From a virus, in IMG/VR virus record IMGVR_UViG_3300029922_000039: 64,000 nt of DNA. One strand, given 5' to 3'. Positions 8,467 through 17,507 of the stretch are shown one piece after another. The position numbers and the translations under genes are program-made. The notes under the pieces are model-generated. The model ran no database searches and was not told where the DNA came from. It saw only the letters and a list, made by a program, of their open reading frames with translations. Position 1 is the stretch's first letter. Each line of letters starts with the position of its first letter.

Positions 8467-8697
8467 CTAAATCATCTTGTTGATCGTCTCTACCAGATCA
8501 CGGACAGTCATTGTCGCCGTTATGTCTGTATCTGGTATGCCTACTCCGAACTCGGACTCTAGTTCTTGCGCTAGATGCACAATGTCTAAAGAGTCCAAGT
8601 CAAGATCCAACGTCAGTGTACTCTCGTCGGTTATGTCGATCAAGTCATATCCAGACACATCGGCAAGAATCTGCTTGATCTTCGGTGCTGCGTTCAT
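8467..8697 (-). CDS. acyl carrier protein-like protein
   Basis: 76 aa and acidic. LDLDSLDIVHLAQELESEFGV contains the DSL phosphopantetheine-attachment motif at the start of helix II. Confidence 0.7.
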   Translation of the reverse strand: MNAAPKIKQILADVSGYDLIDITDESTLTLDLDLDSLDIVHLAQELESEFGVGIPDTDITATMTVRDLVETINKMI

Positions 8698-8700
8698 GGT

Positions 8701-11337
8701 CTATCTCCTTGCGATATTGTCGAAACGAGTGAGGGAACCTTCAAATGCAAGGTGAATGGTGCGAGTAGCACCATTACGGTGCTTCGCGCAAATAAGCTCT
8801 GCAATCCCCTTCAACTCGTCATTATCTCGGTCATAGTATTCTGGCCTATGGACAAAGTTGAGAACATCTGCGTCTTGTTCAATTTGCCCGCTGTTGTGAA
8901 CCACTATGCCGTTCGCTATGAAATTATTAGGACCTGGCACGATACGATCAAATACCTTAACGTCTCCTGCCGCGTCTATCCTCTTGAGCCGATCCCAAAA
9001 AATGTACGAGTTAATTAGGACAGACAACTCTGGGACCTTGATGCCACGCCTAGAGAATACAGAGAGGGCCTTGGACAAATCTACTTGGCTTATGCGCTTT
9101 CCCTGGCTCCTGTATCCCAAGTCGCCATATGACATCCCATTCGCAAGAGAAATTTCCCTCAGCTTTGAACTTACCCACACTCCCAAACGGTCTCCATGAT
9201 TGCTGCCGTGCAAACTAGGGTTCAAGCCAAGAAGAGTTCTTCCTTTTCTCCCTACCAAATTAATCTTTGACCGAAATAAATCTACCTCTTTCCCCTCTTG
9301 GATCAATACACTATAGCAAACAAAATTAGCCTTGGGACTAAGATCCCCCTCATCAATCTTTGCAAATACTCCAAGGCGGCTCAAGCACCACATAAATTGC
9401 CATGCCATTTTTTTGCTTGTGGTGCTGTACTTTACCATCGGAACAGAGGTGGTAAATACCGATCCATCTGTCTCTACTAGGCCAGCTATCATGTTGGCGA
9501 TAGACTCGTCATCGGCCTGCTCCATAAACCACTCCGGGATGCTTTTCTCGTGGGCTTTTTTACCCCACAAGTCGTGGCACATTAGCCAATTTTTTACGGG
9601 GTTTCCTTCCCTTGTCCTCTTCGATCGCGTTGTTATGTCGTACTGGAAAACCTTATCGCTTGAGTGCTTGTGATATCTAGGGATAAGACCGAATAGCCTT
9701 TCAGTGTCCTCACAGAAATCCTTGGCAACATCCGCGCAAGAACAAATGAAGGATGGGGATGAATACCCTAGCATTGATCCATTTCCGAGCATTCTCCCAA
9801 TCCACCGAGATTCCGGTATAGAAATACGCCCAGGCAGGCTGTCGATCTTTCTCGCCGCAGCAATAGCGTGATCTGGAGTTAGGTCTTTGGCCTTGACCCA
9901 GCCAACATCCGTGAGTATGGAGTGATTTGGAGTGCATACAATTTCGCGCCCCGATCTCGTCCTGACTCTAATCGCTTGCGATACCCCCTTCGGAACGTTG
10001 AAGGAAGGGACAGGTTTGATTTTTTCATTGCTTAAACTATACGTGTTCATAGGAGATTCCATATTAGATTGAACACCACCAGAAGTAAACAGAAAAGTGT
10101 CTTTTTCTGACAAGCATTCCCGCAGATCTGACAATACGGGACGCTTATCTTGGCGCTGTTCGTTATTCCTATTGAGTTGGGCAAGAGCGATCACGGGGCA
10201 ATCGAGTTCTTTTGACATTGCCTTCAGGGATCGAGACACAAGCGCCACTTCTTGTTCCCTGTTTTGGGTTTTTTTGTCTCCCGATACGAGACTGATGTAA
10301 TCGATCACCACAAGATCAAGGCGCCCCTCGCGCTGCTTTAGCCGGCGACCCTTTGCTCTCATCTGAATCGGGGTCATATTGGAGCAGTCGTCGATAAATA
10401 TGCGAGACTCCACCAAGTCATTTAGTGCCTTCTGTAGCTTTCTTTTTTCCTCCGAGCTAAGGAATTCTCCCTCCATGGCCCTCTTGATGTCCACGCGAGC
10501 CCTAGATGCCATGAACCGACGCTCCACCGAGGGCCTCGACATCTCCAAAGAAAAGAACGCTGCTACCATATCTGTTCCGCAGCATACGTTTTCGAGAATA
10601 TTCATTGAAATGCTAGTTTTTCCTTGCGCTGGCCTGGCTGCAATGATCGTCAACTCTCCCTTCTGAAGACCTCCAGTAAGCCGATCGTAATCAATAAAAC
10701 CCGTCGGAAGTCCCACCTTGAGGTTCGGTTCGGTGTACTGGCGAATATATTGATCTGGCCCTCCCGCTTGAGTTACAGAAGATCCGAAGTCTCGCAACTT
10801 GCTGGTATTCGACTCCTGGGCCACCTCCAGCAACTGCGATTCCGCGTCTTCCAGAACCGCCATCGCCGTCTCGCTCTGGTCGGCCGCGCGCGACAGCACA
10901 GAGGAGCAGATTGCCATCAGCCGGCGGAGTTGGGACTTCTCCTTGACGATGCGAATGTAGTCGGCAATCTGGGGCCGCCGCGGTAGTCCATCCGTAAGGC
11001 CGGAAATGAACGCCGCGCCACCGACTGACTCGCGCTCCTTGTGGCGGTCGAGTTCCGCGCATAGGGTCACAAGGTCTACGGCTTGCTGCGCGTCGATCAG
11101 GTCGGCCATGCGCTGAAAGATGCGCCGATGGCTGTCGAGGAAGAAGTCCTCCGGCGTCAGCGCCTCGGCAATCTCGTTGAAGCAGGCCGGGTCTAGGAGC
11201 ACAGCCCCGAGTAGGACTCGTTCTCCATCGATCGAGCACGGAGCCACTGCTTCCACCGTTTGGGGCCGTGGACGCTCCTTCTCTTCCGGGTACTCCGGTG
11301 CCTGGTCGGGGATGCGGTATTCGGAGATGTCAGACAA
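8701..11337 (-). CDS. dnaB: replicative DNA helicase DnaB, interrupted by an intein
   Basis: 878 aa with a TTG start. Walker A ARPAQGKTS, Walker B LVVIDYISL, and the conserved LSDLRE|...|SGQIEQDADV motif split by a 408-aa insertion. Confidence 0.9.
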   Translation of the reverse strand: MSDISEYRIPDQAPEYPEEKERPRPQTVEAVAPCSIDGERVLLGAVLLDPACFNEIAEALTPEDFFLDSHRRIFQRMADLIDAQQAVDLVTLCAELDRHKERESVGGAAFISGLTDGLPRRPQIADYIRIVKEKSQLRRLMAICSSVLSRAADQSETAMAVLEDAESQLLEVAQESNTSKLRDFGSSVTQAGGPDQYIRQYTEPNLKVGLPTGFIDYDRLTGGLQKGELTIIAARPAQGKTSISMNILENVCCGTDMVAAFFSLEMSRPSVERRFMASRARVDIKRAMEGEFLSSEEKRKLQKALNDLVESRIFIDDCSNMTPIQMRAKGRRLKQREGRLDLVVIDYISLVSGDKKTQNREQEVALVSRSLKAMSKELDCPVIALAQLNRNNEQRQDKRPVLSDLRECLSEKDTFLFTSGGVQSNMESPMNTYSLSNEKIKPVPSFNVPKGVSQAIRVRTRSGREIVCTPNHSILTDVGWVKAKDLTPDHAIAAARKIDSLPGRISIPESRWIGRMLGNGSMLGYSSPSFICSCADVAKDFCEDTERLFGLIPRYHKHSSDKVFQYDITTRSKRTREGNPVKNWLMCHDLWGKKAHEKSIPEWFMEQADDESIANMIAGLVETDGSVFTTSVPMVKYSTTSKKMAWQFMWCLSRLGVFAKIDEGDLSPKANFVCYSVLIQEGKEVDLFRSKINLVGRKGRTLLGLNPSLHGSNHGDRLGVWVSSKLREISLANGMSYGDLGYRSQGKRISQVDLSKALSVFSRRGIKVPELSVLINSYIFWDRLKRIDAAGDVKVFDRIVPGPNNFIANGIVVHNSGQIEQDADVLNFVHRPEYYDRDNDELKGIAELICAKHRNGATRTIHLAFEGSLTRFDNIARR
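8893..10116 (-). mobile_element. DnaB intein with LAGLIDADG homing-endonuclease domain
   Basis: Residues 408-815. It begins with Cys (CLSEKDT), ends VVHN, and has +1 Ser. Internal IGRMLGNGS and IAGLVETDGS are LAGLIDADG motifs. It is visibly more AT-rich than the exteins. Confidence 0.85.
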
Positions 11338-11376
11338 TGCTTACCTTCCCTTAGATCGTAGATCACGCCTGGACTT

Positions 11377-11502
11377 CTATTTCGGAGTGTTGACGCTGAT
11401 ATGTGTGGCCAGCGTTTCAACGTCCTTCTTCCACTCATTCGGCGCGATCCATTGGGCTATCACTAGCAGGATTCGAATAACAGTTTTCTCTTTCCAGTCC
11501 AT
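11377..11502 (-). CDS. small hypothetical protein (41 aa)
   Basis: Below the track cutoff. GAGGA lies 8 nt upstream of ATG 11502. Reads MDWKEKTVIRILLVIAQWIAPNEWKKDVETLATHISVNTPK. Confidence 0.35.
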   Translation of the reverse strand: MDWKEKTVIRILLVIAQWIAPNEWKKDVETLATHISVNTPK

Positions 11503-11556
11503 TCCTTAGTTCCTCTCTTTCTTGCGTTGGAGTCGTAGCCCGTATCGTTACGGTGC

Positions 11557-11937
11557 CTACGCCGCGAGACCTTTCCAGGACAACCAGCGGCGCTGTAGTT
11601 CCGCTTTTGCCTCTGGGGATTTCAACTTGTTCAAGCAGCTTTGCGAGAACTTCGGGAACAGATCATCGTTGATGTAATCCCACAGGCATTCATAACGCCG
11701 AGAGTCGCAAAAGAACGCCCAGGCAATCTCAGCGCAGACCGCGCAAGTGTGGTTGGTTGCCCACTTTGAGCTTCCTGCTTCCTCTCGAAAACGGGCTTTT
11801 TCATGCGGTTCTCCCGCAGGAATGGTGCGACCACATTCACAACATTGCATCGGCGTTTTGAACGTCGCTGTATACATCGCAAAATCGTTGTCGCCAAAGT
11901 CATGTCCTGAACTCAGGCAAACTCCACAATTGCTCAT
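11557..11937 (-). CDS. hypothetical Cys-rich protein (126 aa)
   Basis: Track ORF 11557..11958 trimmed to ATG 11937 (MSNCGVC...), which has GGAGGG 6 nt upstream. Several CxxC pairs. Confidence 0.55.
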   Translation of the reverse strand: MSNCGVCLSSGHDFGDNDFAMYTATFKTPMQCCECGRTIPAGEPHEKARFREEAGSSKWATNHTCAVCAEIAWAFFCDSRRYECLWDYINDDLFPKFSQSCLNKLKSPEAKAELQRRWLSWKGLAA

Positions 11938-11979
11938 TTCATCCCTCCCATCAGGCACCCTAGTGCCTATTCAACGACG

Positions 11980-12195
11980 TTACAGCGGCTTGTACGGCCT
12001 CTGCGGCTTGATGACCGCGTGCAGGTGCTTGCCGGGGCTGTCTGCGTTCTCGAAGTCCCGCGCGTCCTCTTCCGTGCAGCCCAAATATTGGCCTTGGTGC
12101 CCACTGTGAAAGGAAATTGTGATGGTCTGGTCGTCCGGGTTGAATGTTGCACCCTTGATGTTGCTGCTGCTTTTCAAATTCAGAGCCTGTTCCAT
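11980..12195 (-). CDS. KTSC-domain protein
   Basis: 71 aa. SSNIKGATFNPDDQTITISFHSGHQGQYLGCTEEDARDFENADSPGKH fits the KTSC domain pattern. Confidence 0.6.
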   Translation of the reverse strand: MEQALNLKSSSNIKGATFNPDDQTITISFHSGHQGQYLGCTEEDARDFENADSPGKHLHAVIKPQRPYKPL

Positions 12196-12425
12196 TGTTC
12201 ATCCTCTGCTTTCTCTGGGTCAATAACTGTCACGTTGACTGCCTGCGGCTTGCCGTTGGGAGCAATCCCCATTTCAAACTGCACGCGCTGTCCCTTGTCG
12301 AGCTTCTTGTACCCTTCGCAATTCACAGAACTGAAATGCACGAAAATCTGGGGCTTGCCGGGTCCTACATCCAAAAATCCGAACCCGCGTTCTGGGCTAA
12401 AGGTTACGACTGTTCCTGTTTGCAT
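12180..12425 (-). CDS. cold-shock domain protein (CspA family)
   Basis: 81 aa. RNP1-like RGFGFL and RNP2-like IFVHF motifs in an OB-fold-sized protein. Confidence 0.8.
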   Translation of the reverse strand: MQTGTVVTFSPERGFGFLDVGPGKPQIFVHFSSVNCEGYKKLDKGQRVQFEMGIAPNGKPQAVNVTVIDPEKAEDEQWNRL

Positions 12426-12446
12426 TGATTCGTTCTCCCTGTTGAG

Positions 12447-13769
12447 TTATTTCTTGCGGCGTACCGAGATTGAGCCCTGATCTTCAGCCCTCATGCCGGG
12501 CACGTTGAAAGCGGTCTTGAGGGCTTTGGCAAGCCGGTTGAGTTCCGTCAGATTCGGGCTAAGAAGTTGCGCCGCCGACTCCAGGGGGAACTTGTCATTT
12601 TTCACGGCGCGCAAAAAGTCGATCATCGAGATTTCATCCTCAACGACTTTCCAATTACTGCGCGATGACTGGCCCTCGATAACCGGAGCGGACGGGGCGA
12701 TGTAGGTTGGCTGAACGTAAATGTGAGGCACGACCACAGGCGCATCGAATAGCGTCTGCGCCTTCTCCGTGTCGCCATCTTCCAGTGCGTCACTCACATC
12801 AGCCAACTTGATGCGCGCAGCCTCTTCTTCTTGCAGTCGCCGCGATTCAGCCTCTGCCTCTTCCCGCGCCTTGCGTACCGCCTCCTGGCGCTGACGTTCC
12901 ATCTCCCTGTCCCACGTAAGGATCTGGGCCTTCACGCTCTTCACGGCGTTCTCAAGGGGGTCAATGGCGCTCTTCTTGAGGTCATTGGCATAGGTATAAG
13001 AATCGTACAAAATCTTGCGGAACGGATCCAGCAAGGCCAATGTCGTGTCCTTGCGGTCCGTGAGGATGGTGAGTACGTCGCTGGCCTGTAGGCGCGTCTG
13101 CGGCGTCGTGACCTTGATAGAGAGAGCCTTGTCGGAGTCGTTCTTGCATTGAGCGATGATGGCCTTGATTTCGCCTTCGCGCTCTTGCAGGAGGCTCAGG
13201 GCATCAACGGCTGTCACTGGCTCGGTCCACGCGCCCATGACTTCGCCGACAGGCTGGGTGGTGAGTGCTGTCTGCGCGAGCCGATCCAATTCCTTCTCAA
13301 CGTAATCTTTCTCCCCCTCTGGCCAGTCGGAGTCCTCCATGACAACTTTGGTGGTCGGATACTTGGCGGCGGCATACTCGGGAGACATCCTCTCCATAGA
13401 ATTGGAGCCGTCAGTAAGGGTGGTCTTGGTCAGGAGCGTTTCTGCCACCGGCGCGATGAAGTCCAACTCCTCTTCGCTCAGTCCGCATTCGACCTCGGCC
13501 TTCTTCGGCGCAGGCGGGAGCACGGACGGATCGGCACCAAGGGTTTCGAATGTCCACGCCGAATTGCCTTTGATCTGAGAGTTAAAGAATTTCCCCAAAG
13601 ACTCTGCAAATTTTGCTTCGTCTGCCACTTCGGGCGAAACGTTCTGATAGGCCCGAATCTCTTTGGTGGACTTGAATTCGAAGAGGAGCTGCCAAGATTC
13701 TTCATGGTAGCCGAAGCGACTGAACATACTGCTGGTCACGGGCTGTAGTGCGGAGTATATGCTTTCCAT
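12447..13769 (-). CDS. hypothetical protein with N-terminal KTSC-like domain and central charged coiled coil
   Basis: Track ORF trimmed to ATG 13769 (MESIYS...). The N-terminus (FGYHEESWQLLFEF...YQNVSPEVADEAKFAESLGKFFN) is KTSC-like. The centre carries REMERQRQEAVRKAREEAEAESRRLQEEE. Confidence 0.55.
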   Translation of the reverse strand: MESIYSALQPVTSSMFSRFGYHEESWQLLFEFKSTKEIRAYQNVSPEVADEAKFAESLGKFFNSQIKGNSAWTFETLGADPSVLPPAPKKAEVECGLSEEELDFIAPVAETLLTKTTLTDGSNSMERMSPEYAAAKYPTTKVVMEDSDWPEGEKDYVEKELDRLAQTALTTQPVGEVMGAWTEPVTAVDALSLLQEREGEIKAIIAQCKNDSDKALSIKVTTPQTRLQASDVLTILTDRKDTTLALLDPFRKILYDSYTYANDLKKSAIDPLENAVKSVKAQILTWDREMERQRQEAVRKAREEAEAESRRLQEEEAARIKLADVSDALEDGDTEKAQTLFDAPVVVPHIYVQPTYIAPSAPVIEGQSSRSNWKVVEDEISMIDFLRAVKNDKFPLESAAQLLSPNLTELNRLAKALKTAFNVPGMRAEDQGSISVRRKK

Positions 13770-13827
13770 GCCTTGATTCCCTTTCCTTGCACTTGCAGTG
13801 TACTTCTGCGAGTGCGGGTTGTGCAAC

Positions 13828-14217
13828 CTATTTTAGTGCCGCGATCACATCGTCGATGCTTCGGACGACGACGTACTTATGCCCTTCGGACTCGACCTGC
13901 TCCTGAAATGACTTCTGGACGCTTGACTGCTTGCCCTTTTCGGTCTTCACTTCTAGCCATACAGCCTTGGTTGGCCAGAACTGACTCTCCTTACTGTGCT
14001 GCTTATTTACGCGCACGAACGCCAAGATATCCGCAGTCCCCGGCGCGTGCATGTGGATAGCCCTCTTCTTCCCCTGGCTCTCGACAATCTGGGTCCCCGA
14101 GTTCATCCTGATCGCGAACACATGTTCTGCCGCCAAATAATCCATGATGCTGCGGCTAATCTCTGCCTCAGTTGCTGTTGTTCTCACGCTTCCATCTCCT
14201 TGCCCAGATTCGGGCAC
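13828..14217 (-). CDS. VRR-NUC domain nuclease
   Basis: GTADILAFV...AVWLEVKTEKGKQSSVQKSFQEQVESEGHKYVVVRS is the D...E-x-K and Q core of VRR-NUC. GTG start at 14217, or 14187. Confidence 0.7.
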   Translation of the reverse strand: MPESGQGDGSVRTTATEAEISRSIMDYLAAEHVFAIRMNSGTQIVESQGKKRAIHMHAPGTADILAFVRVNKQHSKESQFWPTKAVWLEVKTEKGKQSSVQKSFQEQVESEGHKYVVVRSIDDVIAALK

Positions 14218-14375
14218 TTGCCGAAGAACTCGTCCAGTTGGGCCTTGCCAGCCTGTGTCGTAGGCACGTTCGGCATGTGGTGCATGAACGAACTCTTGCC
14301 GTCCTCACTCTGCGTGCGCTTGATCAGCAAGCCGCACTCCTGGCAGACAGCATCCTTGCCGTCGCGAATGATCAT
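14184..14375 (-). CDS. hypothetical protein (63 aa)
   Basis: Track ORF, ATGA-coupled. Confidence 0.45.
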   Translation of the reverse strand: MIIRDGKDAVCQECGLLIKRTQSEDGKSSFMHHMPNVPTTQAGKAQLDEFFGKCPNLGKEMEA

Positions 14376-14644
14376 CGTGTGGCCTTTATCTGGCTTATGA
14401 CTTCGATGTGACGATTATTTGATTTGCGGAAAGATATAAGTCTCACGGGAGAAAGTGATTCTATGGAATCAACCAGCATCTCTATTTCGGAAGACGCAGC
14501 TATCAATGCATTCAGAAGAGAATCCTCACGAGCACGCGCCTTACTGTATTCGCATACCGCTTCGTTAGGACAGGCGTCATCGGCTTGGTAGTATCCGAGT
14601 CCAGTCGAGTCGATCATTAATTTTTCGAGTCGTTCAATACTCAT
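14372..14644 (-). CDS. hypothetical protein (90 aa)
   Basis: Internal ATG (MSIERLEKL...) overlapping the exonuclease stop (ATGA). More AT-rich than its neighbours. Confidence 0.45.
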   Translation of the reverse strand: MSIERLEKLMIDSTGLGYYQADDACPNEAVCEYSKARAREDSLLNALIAASSEIEMLVDSIESLSPVRLISFRKSNNRHIEVISQIKATR

Positions 14645-15291
14645 GCCTTCTCCCAAATTTTCTCACCGTGATTGATTCGCCACCACACGCACCGCAGCGC
14701 GGCGATGCCATCGGCCATATCGTTCTCGTGGTCAGTGTACTCCTCGCCCAGCCGGTACGTGCCATCCTTCTTCAGTATCAGGGCATGGCGCCGAACTCGC
14801 CCACAGCGATTCGACTTGTAGATGGCGCACTCCTGAATCGCTGTCTGGATCGACCAGTAAGGCTCCCTGGACGCCGTGCATTTCAGTTCCACGACAGCCT
14901 TGTAGCGCCCCAAGGTGCCGTGCGAGTCGGGCGTGACGCCTATCAGCATTCCGCATACATTGGCGATAATCGGCACTTCCGTCCACTGCGGATCCGGCTT
15001 GTATCCGCTCTCCGCCAAGAACTTCATGTAGGAGTTGAAGTAAGGCTCACACTCTTCACTTACCCATGCTGGATCAACTTCGCCAAACTGGTTATACGCT
15101 GCTGCTAGGGCGTGAACCTCTGTGCCGCGCCGGGCCGCATTCTCAAGTACCGCCGGATCGATGCCACTAAAATCGGAGAATCCGGCGAGCTTGATTACCT
15201 GAGTGATTGACGGAACTCGAACGCCAGCATCGGTCGTATATTCGTGCCTGTCGTCATCGTACCAACCGCCGTCGATCTTGACCTTGCTCAC
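14641..15291 (-). CDS. PD-(D/E)XK (Cas4/RecB-like) exonuclease
   Basis: GTG 15291 overlaps the upstream TGA (GTGA). Motifs are GTEVHA, TPDSHG...VELKC (D...ELK) and QTAIQECAIY (QxxxY). It is a partner of the RecT-like gene in the same operon. Confidence 0.7.
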   Translation of the reverse strand: MSKVKIDGGWYDDDRHEYTTDAGVRVPSITQVIKLAGFSDFSGIDPAVLENAARRGTEVHALAAAYNQFGEVDPAWVSEECEPYFNSYMKFLAESGYKPDPQWTEVPIIANVCGMLIGVTPDSHGTLGRYKAVVELKCTASREPYWSIQTAIQECAIYKSNRCGRVRRHALILKKDGTYRLGEEYTDHENDMADGIAALRCVWWRINHGEKIWEKA

Positions 15292-15683
15292 AGCACACCG
15301 CCATGCTCTTTGTACCACGGCGTCTGGATAGTGCGCAGGTAGTCCCGGAAGGTCTCTCCGAGACATCCATTGGAGCTCAGGAACTCGCGGTAGCGGCGCT
15401 GGGCCTTGGATAGCTTCGGCGGCGCTAGGCTTGCTTCGCGCATAGCCTTGATGCCAGCGTCGGTCACTGAGCAATTGAAGTAGGGCAGCCACTTGGTCGT
15501 CGCGTGCCGTTCCATATATCCGAGCGCCACCAGTTCCTTGCATACCTCCTCGTCCTTGCCGCCAGCGCAGAAGTGGTTGCGGTAGTAGGGCGGGTTCGGG
15601 ATGCGAACTTCAGGATGATCGTTGCGCCCGTATTGGTCGCAGCCGAGAGCGTGTTGGAGGATGTGTAGCTGCTCTGGGGTCAT
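15288..15683 (-). CDS. hypothetical protein (131 aa)
   Basis: Track ORF. Confidence 0.55.
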   Translation of the reverse strand: MTPEQLHILQHALGCDQYGRNDHPEVRIPNPPYYRNHFCAGGKDEEVCKELVALGYMERHATTKWLPYFNCSVTDAGIKAMREASLAPPKLSKAQRRYREFLSSNGCLGETFRDYLRTIQTPWYKEHGGVL

Positions 15684-15997
15684 TGGTCGCCCTCCGCCTT
15701 GGCGATAGCCGCGTCCACCTGCGCCTCAAGTTCATTCCAGGACATAGACGGCGCGATGCTTGACTCGTATTCTTTCCATGCCTTCAGTGCGGCCAGCAGA
15801 GCTTCCTCGACCGGGCGCGCATTCCATGCGGACGCCGCCGTATCCATACTGTCATGGAATCCGCTCTCAGGGTTAATTGGGCACTCTTCTCCGCTGTCCT
15901 GTGTGCCACAGTAGATCATCGCGGACCCGAAATCAGAGAGGTCATGCTTTGCTGCATGACCGCAGAACGGGCAGGGCTTCAGTTTCGCTTCGCTCAT
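15680..15997 (-). CDS. Lar-family restriction-alleviation-like protein
   Basis: LKPCPFCGH...IYCG...ECP...AASAWNARP is the zinc-ribbon plus AWN-R pattern of the Lar family. Confidence 0.6.
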   Translation of the reverse strand: MSEAKLKPCPFCGHAAKHDLSDFGSAMIYCGTQDSGEECPINPESGFHDSMDTAASAWNARPVEEALLAALKAWKEYESSIAPSMSWNELEAQVDAAIAKAEGDQ

Positions 15998-16284
15998 TCC
16001 GCCACCGCCTTTCCGCTAGCCGCCGCGCTCACTTCGCGGATTACAGGATCAACCAACTGGAGGGCGTCGGCGACAGTACGAAGGATCTTGCGCGCCTCTG
16101 CCATTTCCTTCTCTTTGGAGGCGATCGCCGTCAGGCTCTCGTACATCGAATGGACGTTGATCCGGTCTCCAATTCGCAGGGCGTCGTCCATGTTGTACTT
16201 CGAGTAGAACCCCAAGAGGTTGGCTACTTCGTTGCCGTCCGCATCTAAGATATAGCCGTTTGCTGTTTTGCCGATGATCTTCAT
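15994..16284 (-). CDS. hypothetical protein (96 aa)
   Basis: Track ORF. Confidence 0.5.
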   Translation of the reverse strand: MKIIGKTANGYILDADGNEVANLLGFYSKYNMDDALRIGDRINVHSMYESLTAIASKEKEMAEARKILRTVADALQLVDPVIREVSAAASGKAVAE

Positions 16285-16329
16285 TCCTCGTCTCCCCTTC
16301 TCTCCAAAATCACCAAAATGGTACTTTTG

Positions 16330-16902
16330 CTATTCGTTGGACTCGATCACGATTGCCAGACTATAGTCCGGCTGCCACAGGCTTACGCTCTCGTTGGCCT
16401 TGTTAAACGCATCGACCGCCGCTTCTAACTCTTCCACGCCATCCAGATCAGAAGTGTCGGCATCGTCCCACATCTCTTCGAGAAGGTTATCGTAGATGCT
16501 CTCTGCGCTCGCCTTCGGTAGCCCGACGTTTGTACAGGCCCACAGATACTTCGGAGGGTCCGCATCGTTGCTCTCGTAGTGCTCCAGGGCATCTTCTACT
16601 CCCGTGAAGTACCTGTCTCCGTCATACACCATGCCGTCGTCGTACTCGGCATTGGTGATCTTCTTGGCCTTCTCGAACCGCGCAGCCTCTTTTACTGCTT
16701 CTTCCGCGTGCATCTCGTCCGAACTGCACTGATCGCACTGCTCGGTACGGTATCCGCGTTGAATTTTCTTCCCGCAAGCGCACAGTCGGTCGCCATGGCA
16801 CCATTCCGCCATTTCCTTGCTCACGTAGACGCAACGGCATTCGACGCAGAAGAACACGCCGCTAGTAGATCCATCTGGTTTGCAGAGCTCGATTGCACTC
16901 AT
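16330..16902 (-). CDS. hypothetical protein (190 aa), Cys-rich N-terminus and acidic C-terminus
   Basis: Track ORF. Confidence 0.55.
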   Translation of the reverse strand: MSAIELCKPDGSTSGVFFCVECRCVYVSKEMAEWCHGDRLCACGKKIQRGYRTEQCDQCSSDEMHAEEAVKEAARFEKAKKITNAEYDDGMVYDGDRYFTGVEDALEHYESNDADPPKYLWACTNVGLPKASAESIYDNLLEEMWDDADTSDLDGVEELEAAVDAFNKANESVSLWQPDYSLAIVIESNE

Positions 16903-17213
16903 GCCGCCACCGCCTTCAGATCATCCTTGATCGCACGCACGATGCGCGTAAGGTACTGCTCGTGCCCCTTAGTGTGCTTCTGGAACTGTGCGCCAGTCAG
17001 ACGATTCACGATATATCCGTCGTCGGCGTGCGCGAAGAATTGCTTGATGCTCCGGTCGCCCATCGCGCCCCACCAGGCCGTCCAAGCCTCGCCGTAGCAG
17101 TGAATGGTCACATGCCCCTTGCCGGGCTCAACGTCCTGCCAGAACACGGCCACAGGGTCCAGCCCTGCCGCGCCCTCGATGACAAATGCTTCAACTGTTA
17201 GAGTCTTTGCCAT
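16899..17213 (-). CDS. hypothetical protein (104 aa)
   Basis: Track ORF trimmed to ATG 17213 (MAKTLTVEAF...). Confidence 0.5.
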   Translation of the reverse strand: MAKTLTVEAFVIEGAAGLDPVAVFWQDVEPGKGHVTIHCYGEAWTAWWGAMGDRSIKQFFAHADDGYIVNRLTGAQFQKHTKGHEQYLTRIVRAIKDDLKAVAA

Positions 17214-17307
17214 GGTTCTTACCTTTCCTTTCCAGTATCTCCGCCAGCCCGAAGCCGACGAGAGCAATGATGATCACGGTGATTGCGATTGCGCCGGGTG
17301 CGGTCAT
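17191..17307 (-). CDS. possible small membrane peptide (38 aa)
   Basis: Below the cutoff. ATG 17307 overlaps the upstream TGA (ATGA). Reads MTAPGAIAITVIIIALVGFGLAEILERKGKNHGKDSNS. Confidence 0.3.
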   Translation of the reverse strand: MTAPGAIAITVIIIALVGFGLAEILERKGKNHGKDSNS

Positions 17308-17507
17308 CTTAGCGGCAACTCCGCAATGACGGTCGTTGACGTTCTGATGCCGCGCGGGTCATCCAGTTTGCGCTGGAACGCTTCTGCGTGTGCGCTGCCT
17401 AAACTCTGCGTGATGAAATGCTTCTGCAATCCGATGTTTATTCCGCATATAGTATCAACTGTGGTCCATGAGTCCGGAAGGATTACTTCGACAATGAAGG
17501 CTTTCAT
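17304..17507 (-). CDS. hypothetical protein (67 aa)
   Basis: Track ORF trimmed to ATG 17507 (MKAFIVEV...), preceded by AAAGGGAAGAG. Confidence 0.45.
   Translation of the reverse strand: MKAFIVEVILPDSWTTVDTICGINIGLQKHFITQSLGSAHAEAFQRKLDDPRGIRTSTTVIAELPLR

Noticed and set aside
14641-15543. A 300-aa version of the exonuclease ORF.
   Set aside because: The N-terminal 84 codons overlap gene 15288..15683. A GTGA start/stop overlap at 15291 gives a compact product beginning just before the conserved nuclease core.
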